64,000 nt of DNA, taken from NCBI GenBank assembly GCA_036172245.1, contig JAYWIR010000041.1, positions 744,001 to 808,000 on the forward strand, given 5' to 3'. Shown here piece after piece: positions 49,787 to 61,699 of this stretch. Position numbers and translations under genes: made by a program. A model generated the notes under the pieces. It had not been told where the DNA came from, did no database searches, and was given only the letters and a program-made list of their open reading frames with translations. This stretch comes from Raillietiella orientalis (lineage: Eukaryota). Within the stretch, counting starts at the first letter, position 1, and each line of letters opens with the position of its first letter.

Positions 49787-51790
49787 AGAAACTTCCCATG
49801 AAGCTGTAAATTATTGCCTACTGCATGTTTGCCAATTTTTATTTTGCTAAAACGTATTAAGTTTTAACGTTCAAGCTATGCGAGTAGCATCGATTGTAGT
49901 CATGTTGTGTATGTATGCAAAAGATTTTAGAAGTCATCTGCTTATATTCCAGTATGCATATCATCATCACATGGTAAACGAGGCAGTTGGTGTACGTAGT
50001 GAAAACTTTTTTTTCCGGCTTACATATTTATACGCTCTATAAAAGTTGTCTCCATATGTTAATTTGGATTGTGAAGTTTTCAGTAACTTGCCAAATCTGG
50101 AAGATGTGTTGATAATAGCAGTTAATGTTCGCATTTTTCATGGTTGGGCATGTTTCAGTAATTGAAATAATTGTGGTTATGCATATTTTGCGTTTTTAGC
50201 AGTTTGTTTTTATTACGGATATTATTTTTCCAAGAAAATAAACATTAATTGCACAATATTAACAAAGGTTTTTTTGCCTTTTTGGTTGCCCCAACAGAGC
50301 ATTAATAAAGGAATGAATCTACCCAACATCTGAATGCACAATTTATCCATAACATTAACCAATTGTTTGCAGTTGAGTATCAGATTACCTTATACTTTAC
50401 ATTTACCCAGTTGAAATGAACGAGTATAATGGTGACTGCTTTTCTACCCTTCCAAATACTGTAAATTTTTGGAACGAATATTCAGGATATTTAGCTAGCA
50501 TAATGTACATTATTTAAGTTTACGTGTATATTTTCGATGTCGTTAATGTGCAGTTGGCATAATAAGGTTTGACAAAGTATCCTCATATCAGGTATTTTCT
50601 AGGAAGCTGTTACGACTGAGGTTTTCTTTTCTTGCCAAAGTTTTAAATTATTTTAACAGTATCAGTTTGATCATGCAGTGTAATCAAATTTTAGTTTTCA
50701 TTCATTAGGTCATTCTGTAGGAAATTAATAGATGTTACTTTTATCTGGTTATGTTAATCAGCCTTATGGTGGAATTCCTTGTTGTGTGCCTGTAAGCAAC
50801 TAATTTGAAATTCTCATCTCTGTTATGAAAAACTGTGCATGAAATATTCATTAAGTGAGAATAGAGTTCCCAAACATCCAAGTAAATATGAACCCTTATT
50901 ATAGAAAAGGAGGAAAAGACCCAATAATCTGTTTCACTTGATTATAGCATTTATACTTACTAACAGTTCGAGTGTTTTGGGGAAAGTACTTACGAAATTG
51001 TTTGTGAGTGACTTTTAAAGTGAAGATGCAGGAAACCACACTTTTTAGATATATATATTTTTTTATAATTTGAATAACAGAAAAAAGAAAAGTAACTTAA
51101 AGAAATATGATAAGCGAATTGAATAAAACTTCAGGAATGTTACATTGTGCTGGATTGCAGAAGTGCATCAAAAATTATATGATCTGTAATCAAAATTATG
51201 GAAAGCCATTAAAAATAAAAATCAAAATTTCGAATTGCACACAGGATAAAGAATTCAGCATCATGTTATTGATTTCCACTAATTACAGATATTGAAAAAT
51301 GACTGTTTATCTGCTGAAGCTCCCTTTATCAGTAATATTGAAAATTGTTTCTGTAATGCAGTACTGGGTATCATTTAACAAATAATATGTGTGTTTTTAA
51401 TTTTGCGTTTCAAATTCAAAATGAAGTTGCATCTAATTGGAAATGTGTTCTTGTTAATGTATGTGATTTAATTATTTTTAATTGTTTAGTTGGCAACCTA
51501 GTTGTAAGGATGTATTTTGCTTACATGTACTAACTAATGCTGAATAAGACAGTCTGTGTGGAAGTGGCCTAGAATGTAATAATGGGATGTCTTGGAATCA
51601 CATTTTGGTGTAAAAACAGGAAATGTATTGCATTGAACTTGAAATCATCTGAAAGCATGTTGAAATCTAAAATCTAGATGTGATGGGCAGATGTAATTGT
51701 GTATGGTGTGCCAAGAGTGTTTTTTCTTGAATTAAAATGTGAACTGTGTGAAAACCAGTGGCCATCATACAGATACCAAAAAAAAGGTTT

Positions 51791-54700
51791 ATGTCTAATC
51801 TATGGAAAAATCCTTGTTTCAAGAAAATAACAACATGCAGTCCAGCATCATATAAAAGTATTCATAACAAAGAGCTATCCTACCCTGATGAGCATACATG
51901 TGAAAATGGATTAAACTGTACATCTCTGGTTGTGAAGCATAAAACCTCAGGAATCTGTTCAAATGAGAAAGCCATCACAGATGCAAGCCATAAGAAAATT
52001 CCTGCTGTCAATCAGAATAGTGATTCTTTTCTCAGTAGAGCTCTGATTGGTGGAAGCAAACAGAAGTCTGTTAAACCACAAGATGTTCTTCAAGCCACAC
52101 AATCTAAGATCAGGTGTGTTTGTTCATCTGCAGCATTACTTTGATAATTATAATGATTTTTTAGTTTCACTTCACGAAAACTCATTAAGAACATTTTGCA
52201 ACAGGTGGATAATTTAAGTGATGTTGAGCGATTGTTTCTATATATGAAACTTCCAACTGGAAGAGCAGCAGACTTCAATCCTTTATTACAGTAAGTGTTT
52301 AAATAATTTGAATTTTAGATTTAATTTTTTGATATGACTTATATTTTGTTCCGAACAAATTACTGAACATTCACAAATTACTAAACTCTTTTCAGTAGTT
52401 TGTAAATGCAAAAAGTTGTTTTATTTTCATTCCATCTTTCATATGACTTTTGTTAGCAGGAATTATAAATTACGTCCTTCTTCTCAAATTAACTGACTTT
52501 TTAATAACTTATTTGTTATTGGAATGAAAAATGAAATCGTCTTGTATTACAGACTGAGGAAAATATACTAGAAGCTCTCACATAAGTCTGGATATTTCTC
52601 GAGATTGCAAAGTTGCATATACATATATGTAATTTCATGGTATCTTTAAAAAAAAATGTTTTATGCAGTATTTAGAAAAGTCCATTGGTCTTGTTGGCCA
52701 ATTAAGCATTTAATACATTTCCCAGGTGCCTCCCAATGTAACCTATGGCATGTTGCTACGTATGTCTTTCTTTAACAGGAGTGTATACAATCTCACTCTC
52801 CTGAATATCCATTTTCAGTTTGTTTAGTATTAGTAGAGGTCTTTTATTATGTAAGCTGCAAGAACTTGAGTTTGCTCCAAGCTTTTCTGTTTCGTATAAT
52901 CTACTCGTATTTCTGGTCAAACTTTCTGGAGCTCTATACATAAGTTGTTAAATTAAATACATGTTTAAGTATCCATAATTTCTCTTGATGAAATTAAATT
53001 TAAATCGTGATTTTGTTTTACTTCATTTAAAATCAAAAATTTCTCTTGTAGCTCTGTTTTCTGCTCATTAAGTATCCATTCTTAAGAAAAATAATTAAAG
53101 TAAAATTTTTGAAGTCACATGAAATTTCTTATTTATGTAGTTTTTTTCTAAATCTTTTTTTTTTCTTTTTGTAGCTGTGTCATTATTCAGAAGAAATTTT
53201 CACTGTATATAACACTAGCTAACAAATGTATATGCAAATATTTAAAATATATTGTAAGTGTAGTGAGCTTTTTTCACCATTGTTGATTAAATTTGTTTTC
53301 TTATGCATAGTATTTGTCACTGAAACAATAATCAAAGTTCTAAGCTCTGTTTCTCATTTCTGTGTCTGTTGTGTTCCGTACTAAGCATTTCATCATAAGA
53401 TTTGACATGGCAGATGTATTTATGTTGAAGTAAAATATATAAAGGAATTTATGACTTTAACAACAAGGTAATGTTTTTATGTGTACAGTATGCTAATTGC
53501 ACTTTTGTTATGTTCAATTGAGAAAGCAAACAACACTTGCTGTTCTTTTGATATAAGTCTGTATTGGTCATGATGTGAATTGTGTGTTTTCAACAGAAAG
53601 AAAACAATAAGGTGAGAATATTATGAATTTGCAGAATCATGTTATAGACTCATGAGCATGATACAAAACTAGTGAAGTTTATAGTGAACACATCATTAGT
53701 TTATGTAGTCATGGCAATAGATGCAGACTTGGATTGCTAATGTTTTCCATTCATTATTGAGAAAGTGGAGTCCTGTGTTTCAGGACCCTGAAAAAAAAGT
53801 TGAGTAAAGCTAATTCAGAATTGCACTTTGGTTCAAAGTCATCTCTATCTTAATTCTGTTTACAAAATGAAGCAGTTGAAGATCACAAATAATCTCATAA
53901 AAAGCGTGTGAGATAAAAGTGGAACAACCTTTGTGGAGTAAAAAATAGAAGGAAACAGTTTCAAGGAATGTGCCTTAGAAACTCAGTGATGAAAATTGAA
54001 ACGATGCCAAGAGTGAACAGAATTGAGCTAATGAATATAAAGCCTTTTCTTTGATCTAGTTTAAATGTGATTTGCATGACAGAATTTATTTTTCTTCTCA
54101 TGTTGTGCATAAAATAGTTTACTTGTTTTAAAGTACAAAGTTTCATCAACAATGTGGTCCTTTTTAATCTTGATATTAGGTAACTGACTGTGGTAGAGTT
54201 ATTTTGTACTTACGAGTCCTCATTATGACTAAATAAAGTCGCAATATGCTAATGACTTGTACTTCATGCAGTAAGTGATATTTTAGGAGTGTGCCAAGAA
54301 ACAAAAGCACCAAATGTAATTTGTCAAAATTTTGCAATTCATAATTTGTTGGAACAATGAGTTTTGAGAATAATATTTGGGTTAAAATTCTTATTCATCT
54401 CATTAACTAATTTTTTTAATGTGTTTTTCCTTGCTTGACTTTTGATCAATTCTCATGTATGTTATGTAGGCACTTCTGTGCATTGTTTGTCTAATTGTTT
54501 TCAGCCATCTTTCATCTTTATAATATGATGAGATTGTTTGTTACATTTAAATTTTGTGTGTTTCACCAATTTTTAATGAATGTGGTTCTGATTATAATTC
54601 ATAGGTTAGATTGCTGCAAGTATTGCTGCAAGTTGCAAAGCAGCAGTCTTTATGGATGTTTGCTTAATTTGACTGTTAGAGAAAAATTCATTTACTGTAA

Positions 54701-57700
54701 TTGAAAAAGTTTTCGTACCTGTTTATTTTGGATTTGTTTTTCACGTCAGCATTAATATAGTACTTAGCAGTAAATGGTGATGATGGTAATCGTTATTGTT
54801 GATCTATGGTTAATTATCACAATTGTGATGTGAATGTGGGACACTCGACATGGTTCAATTTGTCTCAAAACTGTTCCACTAATAAGTGATCTTATTTAGT
54901 GATCTTTATAAGTGATTTTATTAGTTTTTATGATGTTTTCTCCAAGAACCTGTTTCATTATGTGAGATATTCTGTGAAAGAAAACATTGGCATGAATGAT
55001 ATGAAATTCAACTTAAGTTCACATTGTTGGTTTTACTAGTAGCCTCTTATCAATGTTCATGTTTTTCTGCTGAATTATTCTTACAAACCAGATGAGTTTA
55101 CAAATACATGTAAAGCTTTATTAACATTAACGTGATACAATTGATATCATTGATAAGGTGATACTTTCCTGACTTGTTCCATGTGTATTTTGCTTCCATA
55201 CAGTAAGGTCCTAAAACATGCTGAGATACTGCCCAAGTCACTATTTAATTTTACTCAGTCTTCAAGTGAGTTTCTTCAGTTTTGTTTCCATGCAAAGAGG
55301 AGCATTCCAAACAAGGACCAAATGTGTTTATTTTTAGAAATGTGAATCCACTTGGCACAAGACCCTCCATTCAGCAAACAATTACATGGATTCAAACCCA
55401 CTTTATGGAAGATCAAGACGTTTGCTTGTTGAAGAATGAAGTATATAGAGAATATGAGTAAGTTGTGAACAAATAATAGAGTATTGGTTTTGTTATGATT
55501 ATTGTAGATACTTTTGTGTCAATAGTGGGATCAAACCACTATCAAATGCAGATTTTGGCAAGGTGATGCGCCAAGTGTATCCTCAAGTTAAGCCACGCCG
55601 CTTAGGGAAACGAGGCAAATCTTGTTATTGTTACTCGGGACTTAGGAAACGAGTTGAACTCGATCCTCCTTCTCTTCCTTCACTGTATGAAAACTTATCT
55701 AACAAAGAGGTAGAAAGTTGTGAACTGATTTTGTAAGCTTAAATTATTGACTAATATATAGTGCCGGGGCACAGATGTTCAGGGAGCAGCTATGAGTTTG
55801 ATCCAGGAATTTTGTAGCAGAATCTTGGAGAATAAATTTAATTCAGTTACTGACTTGGCTGCCCACTTAGTTAGCAATGAATTAGTTGATCAGCATTCCT
55901 TGGCAGCCATCACCATAATGGCCAATCAGTTAATAAGAGGCAAGCAAATGATCTGTTGTACCCATTTTCATGCATTGGTATGCTAACAGATGGTGTTAAC
56001 AGTACTGAACAAGAAAAAGATGACTCTAAAATTTCAAAGGCATCTGTTGATGAGCTGAAGAGTAAATGTGGACTTTTGAAAGCTGTATCTTCTAATAAAA
56101 TATCAGAAGATGAGCTGATGGACCGAAGTACAAAATGTAGTGATAACCAATCATGTGATCTCAGTAGGAATGGTAGTGACAGTGCTGGACAGTCAGCATT
56201 ACACCAGCAACTGCTCACAGTCTCCCTACTTTCCCCAAATAGTTCACCAGTGCCAGATGGCTCTAAGAAGGTGAAGAAACCTCTTCCCTCCCTACCTCAA
56301 AAAAGTCCTTATTCCTCACCAACAGCCAGTACATTTATTATTCTTCCTCCAGTTTCAAGTGCCCAACCCAAATTCAAATACAAGCCCATTCAACCCAAAC
56401 CACCACTTGATGACCAGATTGAAGATTCTGGAGTCAAACGTAGTGCAAATGTACTGGATTGGAAGGATGAGGCTCCTTCCAAAGAGAAGAGATCTATTTC
56501 CATTCATGCAACTTCAAAAATCGAGACAAACACTTCACCTCTTTTGATTGATTTAATTGAAAGCAATGGGGCCGCTGCTCAGAAAGCTGAAGAGCAACTG
56601 GGCAGCGGCCCCAAGTTAATAAGGGAAACACAGAAGTCATTCAGCATCGTAAATGAAGTTTCCAAGTCTCCTTTATCTGATACAAACCCATTGTATTCCT
56701 GTGACAAAGGAGATCCATCCCCAAATTTCCCTGTGTTGCCAGGTATCACTAGTTTCAATGTGGCATCCCTTTCGGATTCTCAGCTTCCTTCTTTAGAAGA
56801 CTCTGCTCGATCGCATTCTTTCGAGTTCCAGGATTTTGCGAGAAATAGTACTAACTGTTTGCCCACATCTGTATTTGGTCGAATGCGTCATCATTCATCA
56901 CAATATCCTTCATCTATTACTGGTCAAAAAACATGCAGTCATCGTCGGATGCGCACTCCTTCAGGAAATCCTATGTCTTCACAACATACTTGCCTGTTGC
57001 CTCCACCCCCACCTCCTTCTTCACCTAGTGAAAGTCTGTTGCACACACTCTTGCAGCAACCTATTGATCCACGTCGCCGTCATGCATCATGTCTAAGCAA
57101 GATGTACAATTATTCTTGTGACACAGTTGTCAACAGATTTGCAACAAGATGTCAATCAGTTCCAACAGTGGAACATCTGCCTCCCACTGCAGATGTACAA
57201 GATAAAGATGCTTCTGACTGTTTTACTTCTACAGACAGTTTTGGCACTGATGATTTGTTTTCATCTAGTTATCAGAGCTACCAGACGCCTGATAGTTCTA
57301 TGGCTGCTTCATTTCCTGAATCACCAGGACCTCAGATTGCTTCATCATCTGAAGATTTTGCAGATCTTAGTATAGAGGATCTGCATACCTTGGAGTCCAT
57401 TGATGATTTCCCTGTGAGTGATTCACTTTCTCAGGAATTGTCTTCAGGGTCCTACCTTGTACTGCAAAATTTGGAAACTTCTAAGGAATTGCTTTCTTCT
57501 TCTCATTCTTTAACTTCCTCTCGATCATATCCAACCACTCCCATTTATCCAGCTCATCAAAAATTAATTGTTGGATCAAGGTCTTATCCCACAACTCCCA
57601 TTGTGAATTCTGGATCTCTTAGTCAAGTGACTTTGAATGCTTTGAATTCAGTTGAAAATGTTACAGGTTTCAACTCCTTGCTAGAAGCAGCTATCAAAAA

Positions 57701-57809
57701 TGAAGACTTGGATATAAGTTATGATGTTGATTCTCTTGAAATCTATGACTTCTTGCCACCTGCAGATGTAAATTCCCTGGACTGCAAACTAGAAAAAGTG
57801 TTTCCATAA
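51791..57809 (+). CDS. RFX7: RFX5/RFX7-class winged-helix transcription factor, about 922 aa, 6 exons (start codon tentative)
   Basis: Exons 51791-52113; 52165-52290 (ILQQVDNLSDVERLFLYMKLPTG, RFX5/7 N-terminal domain); 55338-55457 (TITWIQTHFMEDQDVCLLKNEVYREY); 55508-55709 (PLSNADFGKVMRQVYPQVKPRRLGKRGKSCYCYSGLRKR, RFX DNA-binding domain); 55762-55939 (AAMSLIQEFCSRIL...LAAHLV); 55990-57809 (S/P-rich tail with RCQSVP). Phases are consistent; total 2769 nt. Confidence 0.92.
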
Positions 57810-60299
57810 TGCACATTAAAGATAAAATTTAGCTGGAGATACTTTGTGCAGTTCGAAAATTGGTAAAACTTTCAGATATTTCAAATGTTTACTTGGACAG
57901 AAGCACATTTATTTTGCTATATGAAGTCTTGTCATGATTCTAATGTTCTTGTTCGGAGAAATTATAATAATGCAAAGCTATGTTGAGAAATATTAAATAT
58001 TTTCTTGCTTTTCTCCAGTACTAAGTGAATCAGGGATAAAATTTTGAATTTCAGAAGTTATTTTCTGTATTGGAACCAAAGCATGTTATCTTATGTATTG
58101 AATGTGACTGATGAAGTTGGCAGCTTGCCTTGGGTTTCTCTTATTAATTTATTATTATGTATGTAAATCTATCCAGGTTCAATATATTGATTTGTTTGTT
58201 CCATATTCAAAGAGAGTTAATATTAATATTACTTGTACATGAGATTTTATCAGAGCAATAATATTCAATGCTGCTATGCTTGAAGTTTTACTTTAAAAAA
58301 AGTTTATTTTTAAAAAACACATATATTTGTTATTGGAGCATTCGAAATCATTTTGAATTTGAATGAGGATACACCAGTCGTTATGCCATATCAAGACAAG
58401 CAACTTGTTTGGATCAAAAACTTAGGGAAAAATATTTTTAAGCAAAACTGAGAATATTCTGTATGTCTTCGATATACACATAATAAGAAATGTTCGACTT
58501 TTAAGTACTTTTGTAAAAGGCAAATTTAAATGTAATTTTAATAAAAAGAATATTTTCAAATAAATATTTTTTTTGTTTAGCAGTAAGGCAGTTTTTTAAA
58601 ACGTGTCTCCAACAAGAGGTTATTGAGACTCTTGATTAGTAAATCATTTTGCTTCCACACTGGAAAGAATGTTGAAACCTATGATGGATTCATATTGAAA
58701 GGCGTTATGAAATGACGTGAATTGTCACGTGTGTTGAAATGAGAAAGTGCCACAAGCTTTCTGATCCCAAGAGCTTCGAATTTCTTTACATTTGTGGTTC
58801 AAAGCAGACAAGAATGCAGAAACTGCTGCAATATGTTCACATCTACTACTCAGAGTGCAGAAGTTTTGAATTGGAATTTTCTTGTTTTTGGTAAAATTTG
58901 AAGAACGGGTAGTCATATTCTCACATTTCATGGGATTAGCATGAATGAATATATGAATTCCTAGTTGTTGGCTATTTGTGAATTCAAAAACAGAAAAGGA
59001 ACTCAGATTTCTTGCCTTTCTGTGACAAAAATCCCATTGAACTGCACAGCAGTACTATCGTTTTGTAAACACAAATGAAACCTCTCCATGGAAATTTCGT
59101 GGTCGTTGTTTGGTCCGCTAGATTGAGATGAACTGCACTGATGAATAAGTTGTATCATTTGTTGTATTTCATCTCCAACCATCTTTTTCGTGTGCAAACT
59201 TTCTCGGGATTCTAAAGGCAGCGTTTGGCGTAGTCTTGATTGCTGTAGCAGTTTTTCCTCTGGGAGTTTTCGTTATTCTATTAATGCAGTTCATTCTACT
59301 CTGCATTTCATACATTTTCTTTTAAATGAAATGTAGCCTCTTAAGGAATGCCTTTTTTTTTTATTAAAAAAAAACATGCATAAAGAAACGGAATACGGGA
59401 TTTTCAAATCCCGTTCTCAGTTTTTATTCTTGGTTAATTATCAGGAAGACTAAAGTCTGTCGCAAATTTCTGTGAAAGTCTTGCATTCCAGTTATCCATG
59501 CTCCCCTGTTTTAAATTTTAGTTTTAAGGTTCGAAATCTGTGGACACCGGTGTGTTTCAAATCACTAGGAAATGAATTTCCACTTTGGAGTTCAAACAGT
59601 TTCTGTTTCTATATTCTAACAGTTCGTGGAAAGAATTATGCAGATTTGCGATGCTTACTGGTTTTCTTTCGTTATCTGGTCTTCCTTGTCTTCAATTCTT
59701 CGAAGAAGCTTATTCACCACCCTTTTCCAGTAAAGTTATCCAGCATGCTTTTTTTTTTTTGTACAACACGTAATCCATAATTGTGGAATTCTTAAGGCTG
59801 CCAGAAAGTATTCTTTAGGAGTTTCGCACTCTTTTTTTTAAAAAAAAAAAACATTTAAAGTTATAAAGAGCTTAAGCGTAATCTTCAGAATACCATGAGA
59901 ATCGGATTGACTGAAATGTTTTGATCAATACTTTAATATTTTAATCAATACATACCTAAAACTTCCAACACGTGCGTGTATATGTCCATTTCTGTTTCTA
60001 AGGTGTCTCCAGGTCTTGGATGACCTTTTGGAAGTCAATCATACAAAATCAGTACAGCAATATATACAAAACCTTGCCAAAGAGCAAGTAGCAAGACAAG
60101 TTTTTAAACTTACATACCTTCACAATTAACTATTTGCAGCCTTGTTTCCTTAAATGTGTTTAAATTCATGGACGTTATCAAAAGAGCAGCTCGGAACAAT
60201 TATGTACGTGGAGGAACAACATTAAGCAATGAAGAAAATAAAGGTTCCTAGGATTCATGCAATTAGGAAGAGTAAGTCGCTTCTGATGAAAGCTCTGAA

Positions 60300-60700
60300 T
60301 GTAGAATTAGTACGAGATGAAGCTTCAAGGTATTCCTTGCTTTGGAGGCTCGATAGTAGGATCACAAGGATAGCGTAGTGTTGTATGACTCAATAGCCCA
60401 AGCAGCTGTTGTTATGTCCCTCACTCTTCAATCTTCTAATTCTGGAGGGATTGACCTTTTGTGAGTCCACCTATCAAAGCAAGGGTAGTTATAAGTAAAT
60501 TGTGATAGAGGCACGGATCCAAAGAGTAGATTAATTGGCCTCTAATACCTCGAGGCAAATAACGGATTGAGCAATGTGCCCAAGGTTCTGCTCTGAGCAT
60601 GAGGAGCATAAAGGAGAATGCCATGAATCCTGATGTAAGGTCCATAATGCAGGAATTAGTTAATAACCTTCACTGCACTTGGGAATTCCTTTCTATGAAC
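60300..60700 (-). mobile_element. Decayed LINE reverse transcriptase fragment
   Basis: MDLTSGF...YLPRGIRGQLIYSLDPCL...GGLTKGQSL follows the order LD..KAFD...GIRG.L...I..FL...GVPQGS.L. Confidence 0.45.
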
Positions 60701-61699
60701 ATTGCTAAGTTGAATTTATAATTATGAAATCAGATTATACGATGCTGTGAGCACTGATGTTGAAGATATGTTCCAAGTAACTTGGAATGTAAGGGATAGA
60801 CAGAGCAACAACACATTCAGGATGAAAGTGAATCGTAAGGATTCGATCCTCTGCCATATCACGTAGTTGGTTTTAGTGTGGTGTTGAGAATAATGGGAAT
60901 GACACCCAATATTCGGAGTTGAGACCAGGACTCGAAAGAGTAGCTAGGAGGCTCAATACATGTATTCTGCTCCAAAGAGTGAATAATGATGCTGAGGTAC
61001 AAAAGTTTGCATTCGTTCCCATTTTCCCCTTCTTATCCTATTCAAAGTGGAGAATTACTTATGTGATAGTCTTAGGGACGTCCACATTCACTTGGCTGAA
61101 TCGATATTTGGGTGCAGAACAAACAGCAGAAGGCATTCAGGCAGGCAAAATTTGAAATGGCTACATTAAAGAGCAAAATATTGGGAACTTAGAGAGCTTC
61201 GGGCCCCATAAAAAACACATGAATGTAGAAGCTCTGGAGTTCGCATGAAACACGTTGAGCTTTACTGTGTTTTCCGCAGCAAGCATGTCCCACAGGCCAA
61301 CAAGATGCCCCCAGCGAGAGGTAGCCCGACGTAACCAAAGTAACAGAAAGCTTCGGACATGTTCTCAGAAAAAGTGTCAAGGGTCATTGCATGCTCCGGC
61401 TCATTTTTAGATAGAGATCTGCTAGGTATATGCATCATAGCTATTCTACAAGAACGAGAGTAGCAGCAATAGCATAATGCATCTATGAAGCCACTTGGAA
61501 GGCATTTATTAGTCATTATTAACAAGGTAAGTTTGTCGATAAGCCTCGCGGGACGTGGAATGTGTTCTCTCTTCTCTTGTAAACTAGTGTTAGTCTTTTC
61601 TAGTACATTTTTCTAGTACTAGTAAAGGCTTTACACGCTTTACTTTTGTTGGTGTTTTTTGCGACTAGCCAACAGAGGATTGCTCTTCATTCGCAGTTG

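Noticed and set aside
58725..59197. Short minus-strand ORFs downstream of RFX (CEHIAAV, SWIM-like)
   Set aside because: Incomplete motif and no supportable gene model.
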